The notes beneath the pieces are model-generated. The model was not told where the DNA came from. It saw only the letters and a list, made by a program, of their open reading frames with translations, and did no database searches. The position numbers were made by a program, and so were the translations under genes. A stretch of 64,000 bases of DNA from the NCBI GenBank assembly GCA_964498585.1, contig CAZCHH010000006.1, forward strand, positions 1,554-65,553, written 5' to 3'. Every line of letters begins with the position of its first letter. Positions within the stretch are counted from its first letter, which is position 1. This DNA comes from an uncultured Hyphomicrobiales bacterium (GTDB lineage: Bacteria > Bacteroidota > Ignavibacteria > Kapaibacteriales > UBA2268). This document shows positions 9,044 to 17,075 of this stretch, one piece after another.

Positions 9044-10513
9044 ATGGTTTTATTAGGATTTTTCATATTATCTTTTTTATCTGGTTTATTGGTGTTCCTG
9101 TGCGGATTTAAGCAAAATCAGAGTAAAACACTGGTTAAAGCAACAACTATAATTTTTGCATTCCTGCATTTATCATTAGTTATTTATTGTTGGATGCATA
9201 TTGAAGAAACTGAATTAGATTATTTCACATTCGATAAACTTGGAGTTTTACTGCTTTCAATCCTTTCGCTTCTTACATTTACAACAATTTACCATGGCTT
9301 CATCTATCTTAAAGATGAAACCCCAAAGCGCTTTGCCATTTATCATTCAGCACTCATTGCCTTGATTTTCTCAATGTCCGGCGCTTATCTTGCAAATGGA
9401 ATAATAGTAACCTGGATTTTTGTAGAAGCGACAACCTTATCTGTTGTTGCATTAATTTATCACGACCGCACTGCCAGTTCTTTGGAAGCAGCTTGGAAGT
9501 ATTTTTTTGTTTGCTCAATTGGAATAACACTTGCTTATATTGGAATACTCTTTCTGGGTTTCACAGTAAGCGGAAGTGATATTTTAGAGCTTTCATTTTC
9601 AGAATTATCGAACATGTCATTACAGGCAGAACCACTATATCTGAAAATTGCATTTATCTTTATATTTGTCGGCTACAGCACAAAAATGGGACTTTTCCCG
9701 ATGCACACCGTTACGATTGACGCCCATTCTGTTTCACCGCCGCCAATAAGTGCTTTTATTTCAACGACATTGATGAATGTTGGCTTTATAGCTATTTTCA
9801 GAGTGTATTCCCTGCTATCAACTACGATGCAAACTGGCACAAATATTCATCAGTTTATGAATAATCTTCTCATTCTTTCAGGTATGTTGTCTTTGCTAAT
9901 TGCTTCAGGATATATGCTGAAAGCAAAACATAACAAAAGGATGCTTGCTTATTCGAGTTTGGAAAATATGGGAATTGTTGCTATTGCTCTTGGTATTGGC
10001 GGTATTGCTTATTATGCTGCAATTTTGCATATAGTATTGCACTCTTTAACAAAAGCGGGTTTGTTTTATCAAATGGGACAATCGAAAAAAGTATTGGGAA
10101 CTTATATGTTAGATGAATCCGGCGATTATCTGCGGCTCTATCCTGCGGGCGCAGCAGCACTTATGCTCGGTATTATATGTATTGTTGCGATTCCGCCGTC
10201 TGGACTTTTTATTTCAGAATTCATTCTTTTCAAGGCAATGGTATCAAATGGTGAGTTTTTTTATCTAATTGCTACGGTGCTTTTACTTACTTTTGTCATT
10301 TACGCTTTAATTACACGTGTGCTTCATATCTTATTTTCAAAGCCGCGGGGAAATGAGAATCCTTATGCTGAAACTCACAAATCAAATAAGGTAAATCCAG
10401 TTCAAACAGTTTCGCAATTCCTTTTATTCGGTATGGTGATATATATTTGTTTTTCGCAACCGGAATTTCTTCAGGATACTATTAATTCTATTATTCAAAA
10501 TTTACCTAAATAA
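9044..10513 (+). CDS. hyfF: Hyf/Ehr complex antiporter-like subunit HyfF (NuoM/N-like)
   Basis: WIFVEATT, SLEAAWKYFFVCSIG, TKMGLFPMHT, KRMLAYSSLEN and HSLTKA motifs. Confidence 0.9.
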   Translation: MVLLGFFILSFLSGLLVFLCGFKQNQSKTLVKATTIIFAFLHLSLVIYCWMHIEETELDYFTFDKLGVLLLSILSLLTFTTIYHGFIYLKDETPKRFAIYHSALIALIFSMSGAYLANGIIVTWIFVEATTLSVVALIYHDRTASSLEAAWKYFFVCSIGITLAYIGILFLGFTVSGSDILELSFSELSNMSLQAEPLYLKIAFIFIFVGYSTKMGLFPMHTVTIDAHSVSPPPISAFISTTLMNVGFIAIFRVYSLLSTTMQTGTNIHQFMNNLLILSGMLSLLIASGYMLKAKHNKRMLAYSSLENMGIVAIALGIGGIAYYAAILHIVLHSLTKAGLFYQMGQSKKVLGTYMLDESGDYLRLYPAGAAALMLGIICIVAIPPSGLFISEFILFKAMVSNGEFFYLIATVLLLTFVIYALITRVLHILFSKPRGNENPYAETHKSNKVNPVQTVSQFLLFGMVIYICFSQPEFLQDTINSIIQNLPK

Positions 10514-10519
10514 ACAGAA

Positions 10520-12037
10520 ATGCAAAGCAATTTTTTAGAAATAAAATCAAATCCAAATGCGGTGAAACTCGCCGATATTCCTGTTGTTGAATACAATGAG
10601 TTTAAAAGAGAAATAGAAAATTTATTTGAAGACAGTTCGAACCATTGCCTAAATTATTTTGCATTTCCCTTTCAGGATAAATTCAAATTTCTGTGTTTTA
10701 TAGGAAATGATGAAAAGCATAATATTTCTGTATATTCCTTTGAAAAGCAGAAAAATGAAATAATCACTCTTGATTCAATTACCGAAAAACATTTCCAATT
10801 TCACATATTTGAGCGTGAAATGTATGAAAATTATGGTATTAACTTTTCAAACCATCCATTGCTCAAGCCAGTTCGCTACCCCTTTAATCGCTTTAATCCA
10901 AAAAGCAAAATTGAAAATTATCCCTTTTATTCAATTGAAAGTGATGAACTGCACGAAGTCGGAGTGGGTCCAATTCACGCCGGTGTAATCGAACCGGGCT
11001 ATTTCAGATTTATATGTAATGGCGAAAATGTCCTTCATCTCGAAATTCATCTTGGTTTCCAGCATCGTGGAATTGAACAGCTTTTTAAGGAAAAACAAAA
11101 TATACTTCAACAAACAATATTAGCCGAAAGCATAGCTGGAGACACAACTATTGGGCATACAACGGCTTACTCTATGGTAACAGAAACCCTTTCACATTAT
11201 AAGATGTCTGATGAACTTTCAATAGCCCGCACTATAGCAAACGAATTAGAAAGAATTGCGGTTCATATTGGAGATATGGCTGCACTTTGCGGAGATGTCG
11301 CTTATCAGTTTGGGCAGGTGGTTTGCGAAGCATTGAGAACTATAATTATAAATACTACACAGTTTTGGTGTGGGAATCGTTTGGGTAAAGGACTTATTCG
11401 CCCGGCTGGTTGTAATTATCAGCTTACCGTTAATGCTGTTAATGAAATAATGAAAAATATTCAAGAAGTTGAAGAACGTTTTTTGCAAATTACTGATAGA
11501 ATTTTTACATTACCGAGTGTGCTTGCAAGGTTTGAGCTAATCGGCATTGTTACCAAAAAGCAGGCAGAAATGATTGGAGCAGTTGGTATGGCAGCACGCA
11601 GCTCCGGATTAGAAAGAGATATTCGCCGCTCTCATCAATATTTGCATTATGGAAAGCTCAGCTACGAACCAGTTGTTTTAACGAAAGGTGATGTGCTGGC
11701 AAGGGCTTTGATGCGTAAGAACGAGTTTGAAAAATCTGTAAAATTAATTAAAGATTTGCTAAGTGGAATTGGAGCAATTACAAACCTTCCCAAACCTAAT
11801 TACAGCTTGAAATTTGAACCGTCTTCAGTTGCAATTTCATTGGTTGAGGGCTGGCGAGGTGAGATTTGCCATTGCGCAGTAACAGATGAGAATGGAAATT
11901 TGCAGCATTACAAAGTGAAAGACCCGTCTTTGCATAACTGGCTTGCCCTTGCTCTTGCGGTGCGTGAGCAGGAAATATCCGATTTTCCCTTATGCAATAA
12001 AAGTTTTAATTTATCTTATTCCGGAAATGATTTATAG
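10520..12037 (+). CDS. Ehr large subunit (NuoC+NuoD/HyfG-like) lacking NiFe-binding cysteines
   Basis: VGPIHAGVIEPG, VEGWRGE and KVKDPS motifs. The L1 site reads AESIAGDTTIGH and the C-terminus reads NKSFNLSYSGNDL, neither with CxxC. Confidence 0.9.
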   Translation: MQSNFLEIKSNPNAVKLADIPVVEYNEFKREIENLFEDSSNHCLNYFAFPFQDKFKFLCFIGNDEKHNISVYSFEKQKNEIITLDSITEKHFQFHIFEREMYENYGINFSNHPLLKPVRYPFNRFNPKSKIENYPFYSIESDELHEVGVGPIHAGVIEPGYFRFICNGENVLHLEIHLGFQHRGIEQLFKEKQNILQQTILAESIAGDTTIGHTTAYSMVTETLSHYKMSDELSIARTIANELERIAVHIGDMAALCGDVAYQFGQVVCEALRTIIINTTQFWCGNRLGKGLIRPAGCNYQLTVNAVNEIMKNIQEVEERFLQITDRIFTLPSVLARFELIGIVTKKQAEMIGAVGMAARSSGLERDIRRSHQYLHYGKLSYEPVVLTKGDVLARALMRKNEFEKSVKLIKDLLSGIGAITNLPKPNYSLKFEPSSVAISLVEGWRGEICHCAVTDENGNLQHYKVKDPSLHNWLALALAVREQEISDFPLCNKSFNLSYSGNDL

Positions 12038-12042
12038 AAAAT

Positions 12043-12834
12043 ATGAATATACTTAAAACTATAGCGGAACTGCTACCATCAAAGGAAATTAAGATTTTTA
12101 GCAGACACGGAAAGCAATTCGTTCCAAATTTGCAAACAGCAGAATTAACTCCTTTATTCAGAGGCAGACCAGTCATTAGCAAGGGACTTAGCGATGAGTC
12201 GAAAGATGCTTTAGTTCAGCTTTGCCCACTCGAAGCGATAAGCAAATCTCCTTTTGGTATTGACTTGGGGAAATGCAATTTTTGCAAAGAATGTGCTTTT
12301 GCTTTTCCAGATAAAATAAAATTTACTAATGATTACAAAATTGCAACTAATGCCCGCGAAAATCTTTTTGTAAGCGAAGGTGAAGACAAACCGATTGAAA
12401 TAAATAAATCAATAATAAGAAAAGAAATCGCTACATTTTTCAAAAATTCTTTAAAGCTACGGCACATAGCAGCTGGTGGCGATATGGCTTGCGATATGGA
12501 AATGAACGCAATCGGAAACGTAAACTTCGACATTGGCCGCTATGGGATTGAATTTGTTGCTTCTCCCCGCCACGCTGATGGCATTCTAATTACAGGTCCT
12601 ATTTCTCAAAATATGGCTGAAGCATTGCAAATATGCTATGATGCTGTCCCCCCGCCAAAAGTCATTATTTTAGCCGGAACAGATGCAATAAGTTCTGGTA
12701 TTTATAAAGGAAGCAAAGCGATAGACCGTAGTTTCCTTGAAAAAGAGCCAATAGACCTATACTTACCGGGAAATCCTCCCCACCCTTTAACAATAATAAA
12801 TGGTTTGCTTGGTTTGACGAGAAAAGAATGGTAG
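12043..12834 (+). CDS. Ehr small subunit (ferredoxin-like domain fused to NuoB/HyfI-like domain) with degenerate Fe-S ligands
   Basis: FVASPRHADGILITGP core. Ligand motifs read GGDMAC, GTD and PGNPP; the N-terminal domain retains CP and CNFCKEC. Confidence 0.88.
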   Translation: MNILKTIAELLPSKEIKIFSRHGKQFVPNLQTAELTPLFRGRPVISKGLSDESKDALVQLCPLEAISKSPFGIDLGKCNFCKECAFAFPDKIKFTNDYKIATNARENLFVSEGEDKPIEINKSIIRKEIATFFKNSLKLRHIAAGGDMACDMEMNAIGNVNFDIGRYGIEFVASPRHADGILITGPISQNMAEALQICYDAVPPPKVIILAGTDAISSGIYKGSKAIDRSFLEKEPIDLYLPGNPPHPLTIINGLLGLTRKEW

Positions 12835-12972
12835 AATTTTTTGGAAAAAGAATAGAGTAATTAACTTTCGCTAAGTAGGAAAGCGTTTTTCATCTTACTT
12901 CCGGACGCCGTGGTCGGCCTAATTGCTTTCCTTATCATTTTATTTCCCGATGAATTTGGATTTTAATAAAGA

Positions 12973-13272
12973 TTAGTTTAAAATGATTCCATAACTTTTA
13001 ATAGTATCTAAGAAACCGCTGCTATCCTCAGATTCTTTTAAAATTATCGGTTCAATTCGAGTATCTATTTCCCATAATTTGGAAAATAACTTTGTCGAAA
13101 TATCAATTGTGTTGATTGAATTATCATCAGTAACAAATGCAATATCAATGTCGCTATTTTCATTATTGGTCTTTCTTGCGTAAGAACCAAATAGTATTGC
13201 ATATTTAAAACTAAGAATATTTCTAGCTTCTTTTACAAATTCCTTTATAATTCTATTTGTTTTTTTATCCAT
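12973..13272 (-). CDS. Minimal nucleotidyltransferase (MNT) antitoxin
   Basis: ILFGSYAR...SDIDIAF (GS-x10-DxD); overlaps the 3' end of the HEPN gene. Confidence 0.88.
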   Translation of the reverse strand: MDKKTNRIIKEFVKEARNILSFKYAILFGSYARKTNNENSDIDIAFVTDDNSINTIDISTKLFSKLWEIDTRIEPIILKESEDSSGFLDTIKSYGIILN

Positions 13273-13646
13273 TTATATAAGCTTTCGGTTTTTTTAACTA
13301 ATGATTTAGTATAATCAAATGTAAGGATTTTAAATAATTCATCCTTATTGCTTGGGTATCTTGCTTCAATATTAAGTGGCATTAGCTTATTGATTAAATC
13401 TTTGTGCTCGGGCAATAATATTTTATCAATTTCTAATTTTGTTGATAAGATTAGTAAATTATGTGTATAAGGCGGTTCGTTTTCCAATTATTTCCAATAA
13501 AATGCTTTTAATGATTTTTCAATTGTGAGATGGCATAAAAAAGCAAAATAAAGGAATTTTTTGGAACGGAATAATGATTTTACTGTTGAAATATCGTATT
13601 CAGCAAGTTCCAGCCAATAGTTTACTTTTTCTTTTATATTTTTCAT
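13245..13646 (-). pseudogene. HEPN-domain toxin interrupted by an in-frame TAA
   Basis: Frame from ATG 13646: MKNIKEKVNYWLELAEYDIS...CHLTIEKSLKAFYWK*LENEPPYTHNL...EARYP, with TAA at 13490-13488. Confidence 0.88.
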
Positions 13647-13865
13647 TTAAATAAAACATTTATTAAAAATTTAATATAATAAGAAATAAGTTAAAAATCA
13701 AATTAGAATTTAATTCAAATTTTTCATAAAACATAATATTACCTGATGTTCAACATCACGAAGTTGATGAGCATCTTTTTCTAAAGTCAGCAGTTCTTTC
13801 TAACTTTGCTAATTTGCAATCAGAAAAAAATTCTGACTACAGGAAAAAAATGAAATGCAAATAGC

Positions 13866-13880
13866 AGTCATCCGATGACT
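13866..13880. repeat. Family A palindrome, single unit
   Basis: agtcatccgatgact, just downstream of the rnr stop. Confidence 0.75.
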
Positions 13881-13894
13881 TTGAAAGGAAATCT

Positions 13895-16024
13895 TTACTC
13901 TTCAAATTTCAAATCGAGGCGTCTTTTGAAAACATTTGCATTAATAATTTTAACTTTAATTCTTTTACCGAAATAAAAAATCTTTTTGTGATTACGCCCA
14001 ATCAATCTGAAATTTTTTTCATCGAAAATATAGAAATCATCGACCAAATCTTTTATATGTAGCAAACCTTCAGCATATAAATCGTCTAAAAGAACAAAAA
14101 CACCAAAATTCGCAACACCTGAAATAGTTCCTTCAAATATTTTTCCTATATGTTCTTTAGCCAAAATTACCTGTGCCAGTTTGACCGAAGCTCTTTCAGC
14201 TTCCATAGATAGCCGCTCCTGTTCATTGCAGTGACTGCAATAAGCATAGAGCCGTTTTTCAATAGCATCAACGGAGTTTTTTTCTATAACAGAACTTGTA
14301 TAAAGTTTGATAAGCCGATGCACAATTAAATCGGGATAGCGTCTGATTGGCGATGTAAAGTGAGTATAGTCCTTGAAGCCCAATCCATAATGTGAAATAT
14401 TTTCTGGTGAATATTCAGCTTTAGCCATAGTTCTGAGTAACAGTTGATTAACTATTGGTTTTTCTGGTTTACCTTCAAATTGACTAATATAGCCGTTTAA
14501 TTCTTTAGAACTATTCATATTGATTTTCTTTTTCCTGCCATATAGCAAAAGAAAATCTAAAGCTTCCTTCAGTTTTACCTGGTTTGGATAATCATGAACA
14601 CGATAAATGAAAGGTAAAAGTTTTCGCTTATTTTGCTGCTTGCTCAAAATCCTGATATTCTCAGCGATAGTTTTATTTGCAGCAAGCATAAATTCTTCAA
14701 CGAGTTGAGTCGAAACATCGCTTCGTTTTAAAATTGCTTTTACAGGTGCTTTATCCTGATTCAATTCAAATTTTACTTCAAAAGAATCGAAATCTACACC
14801 AGCTTTAGCAAAACGTTTTGCCCGAAGAATCTGTGCTAATTGATGTAAGTTTAAAATGAGTTCGGCATTGTCTCCAACACCGGTTTCAATTATTTTTAAA
14901 ACATCAGAATAAGCATAACGTTTTTTGTTTTTAATAACAGATTCATAAATTTCATAATTTTTTAAAACACCGGCAGGGCTGAATTCCATATTAACTGAGA
15001 AAGCTAATCTTACTCTATTCGGTTTAAGAGAACATACTTCATTGGAAAGCTTTTCCGGAAGCATTGGGACTACTCTATCCACAAGGTAAGTGCTGTTTCC
15101 CCTTAATGCAGCTTCTTTGTCTAAGGGACTGTTTTCAGGGATATAATAGCTAACATCAGCAATATGGACGCCGAGCAGATAATTTCCATTTTCCAATAAA
15201 TCAAGAGATAGTGCATCATCGAAATCTTTAGAGTCCTCCGGGTCGATTGTTATAATAGTTTCCTTTCTTAAATCTCTTCTCTCTTTAATAATGGTAGCAG
15301 GAACTACACTTGGAATATCTTTAACCTGTTCTAATACTACATTAGGGAAAGTTTTTGGGAGTGAAAATTCAGTTAGGACTGCATCGAATTCGGTACTTAC
15401 AGCACCAGCACGGCCAAGGACTCGAATAATTTCTGCTTGTGGGCTTTTTTGGGGTTCATTCCAAGCAAGAAAGCGTGCTGCAACTTTATCGCCGACTTTG
15501 GCACCATGCAAACGTTTTTTATGGACTAAAAAGTCAATATAATGCTTTTCGTCATCTGGTGTTAAGAAAATAAAACTGCCATCAAATTCAAGGGTGCCAG
15601 TAATAATTGTATTAGCTCTATTTAATATTTTTAATACTTCACCATGCGGTTTGGTTTCTTTTTTCAGACCTAAAATTTTTACTCTGACCTCATCGCCATC
15701 AAGAGCAGTAAGTAGATTTCGCCTCTTAATTATAATTTTTCTGAATAATTCGCTTTTTGTTTCTAGCGTTCCACGTCCTTTGTTTATTCGAATAACTCCA
15801 TCAAATATACCACTATGCTTTTCTTCTGAGATAGAATAGCGATGTCGCTTACTTTTCTGAACAAGTCCCTTACTGCATAAATCATTAAGAGCTTCTTTCA
15901 TTCTGTCATATTCTTCAGTATTTGACGGGATTTTTAAATGCTTCGAAATTTGATTTAGCTTTCGAGCATTCTTTGTTAACTTTAGGTATTCAAGTATGCT
16001 ATCTTCAATACTCTTTGTTTTCAT
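13895..16024 (-). CDS. rnr: Ribonuclease R
   Basis: TIDPEDSKDFDDALS, YTHFTSPIRRYPDL, N-terminal HTH/cold-shock domains and a C-terminal S1 domain. Confidence 0.96.
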   Translation of the reverse strand: MKTKSIEDSILEYLKLTKNARKLNQISKHLKIPSNTEEYDRMKEALNDLCSKGLVQKSKRHRYSISEEKHSGIFDGVIRINKGRGTLETKSELFRKIIIKRRNLLTALDGDEVRVKILGLKKETKPHGEVLKILNRANTIITGTLEFDGSFIFLTPDDEKHYIDFLVHKKRLHGAKVGDKVAARFLAWNEPQKSPQAEIIRVLGRAGAVSTEFDAVLTEFSLPKTFPNVVLEQVKDIPSVVPATIIKERRDLRKETIITIDPEDSKDFDDALSLDLLENGNYLLGVHIADVSYYIPENSPLDKEAALRGNSTYLVDRVVPMLPEKLSNEVCSLKPNRVRLAFSVNMEFSPAGVLKNYEIYESVIKNKKRYAYSDVLKIIETGVGDNAELILNLHQLAQILRAKRFAKAGVDFDSFEVKFELNQDKAPVKAILKRSDVSTQLVEEFMLAANKTIAENIRILSKQQNKRKLLPFIYRVHDYPNQVKLKEALDFLLLYGRKKKINMNSSKELNGYISQFEGKPEKPIVNQLLLRTMAKAEYSPENISHYGLGFKDYTHFTSPIRRYPDLIVHRLIKLYTSSVIEKNSVDAIEKRLYAYCSHCNEQERLSMEAERASVKLAQVILAKEHIGKIFEGTISGVANFGVFVLLDDLYAEGLLHIKDLVDDFYIFDEKNFRLIGRNHKKIFYFGKRIKVKIINANVFKRRLDLKFEE

Positions 16025-16730
16025 TGCTTTTATTTGTTTTTAGTTGAAAATCCTGAACATATATTGGTGAAAAATCTTCTGACTTTTCGAATTTTTCCTC
16101 ATTATACATTTTGTAAGCTAATTTAGAAATATAGCTTGGAAATATTCCTTTGTAATAATTAAATAAGCTTGCATCATCATTTTTTTGTATTTTACCTTTT
16201 AAATTTAAAATTTCTTCAACATCAAAATTACCACAGACAAAGGTTTCATTTATTCTATCTATTTGGATTTTTTCAAATTCGCAGAAAATAATATCATTTA
16301 TTGGCTTTGCTTCTAAATCAAAAATTTGATAATAATAAAAATTCTTGTGCGATTTAGTTAAAGCCAATATTTGAATATCAGAGTTAATTTTAGCAATATT
16401 TTTTAACGAAAAAGCTATAGCTTCAAGGGTGGGAACTGCAATTAATTTTGGCTTATTTTCAAAACAAATACCTTTAGCAAGTGCAGCTCCAATGCGTAAA
16501 CCGGTAAAAGACCCGGGACCAGCAGAGACAGCCAGAGAATCTATATTATTAATATTTAATTCCAAATCTGATAAAACACGTTCTACCAGAACAGCAAGCA
16601 TTTTATCATGCTGATTTGATTTGAAAATATTGTATTCAATGAGCAAACTATCCGACTGAGATACTGCAACTCCACAGGTTGATGCAGAACTTTCAATAGA
16701 TAGAATTAAAGGATTATTATTTTTTATCAT
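16005..16730 (-). CDS. tsaB: tRNA t6A37 biosynthesis protein TsaB
   Basis: LSIESSAS, VSAGPGSFTGLRIG and a C-terminal PIY motif. Confidence 0.95.
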   Translation of the reverse strand: MIKNNNPLILSIESSASTCGVAVSQSDSLLIEYNIFKSNQHDKMLAVLVERVLSDLELNINNIDSLAVSAGPGSFTGLRIGAALAKGICFENKPKLIAVPTLEAIAFSLKNIAKINSDIQILALTKSHKNFYYYQIFDLEAKPINDIIFCEFEKIQIDRINETFVCGNFDVEEILNLKGKIQKNDDASLFNYYKGIFPSYISKLAYKMYNEEKFEKSEDFSPIYVQDFQLKTNKSNENKEY

Positions 16731-16753
16731 AAATCAATTCCATAATAACGCTG

Positions 16754-16761
16754 CAAATTTA
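16754..16761 (-). promoter_or_regulatory. -7 promoter element for tsaB-rnr
   Basis: Minus strand TAAATTTG(CA) about 24 bp before the ATG. Confidence 0.55.
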
Positions 16762-16994
16762 CAAATAAAAGAATAGAATTGAAAGTTATTTTACTCACCT
16801 TACAAATTCCACTTTTGAGAAGCTGCTATTCATTATCAACATATATTATTCTTTTTTAACTAATCGAATAATTTTAATGTAATTATATAAAGCATTTGCT
16901 TTATTTTTTGGATTTCATCATTACAGTGTTTTTCAGTAATAATATAAAAGTTGATAGAATATATTTTTCTCTTTTTTACTTTAATAAAGTTTAT

Positions 16995-17002
16995 TAACTT
17001 TG
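16995..17002 (+). promoter_or_regulatory. -7 promoter element
   Basis: TAACTTTG upstream of the gene at 17076. Confidence 0.45.
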
Positions 17003-17075
17003 TAAAAGATAATAATTTTTAGCAATTTAGATAGAGGAACAAGAAAAATATTTTATTCTTACAAAGGAAAAAATT

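Noticed and set aside
5527-12834. Functional group 4 [NiFe]-hydrogenase or formate hydrogenlyase
   Set aside because: Both NiFe-binding CxxC motifs are absent from the large subunit, and there are no maturation or formate dehydrogenase genes in the window.
12895-12925. c-di-GMP-I riboswitch or SRP RNA
   Set aside because: Only short matches (GGACGC...CGGCCTAA; TCCGGAAG). The other conserved elements are missing, and the site lies between convergent 3' ends.
13488-13490. Recoded stop (selenocysteine, pyrrolysine or alternative genetic code) in the HEPN gene
   Set aside because: The codon is TAA, not TGA or TAG, and TAA terminates many intact genes in this window.
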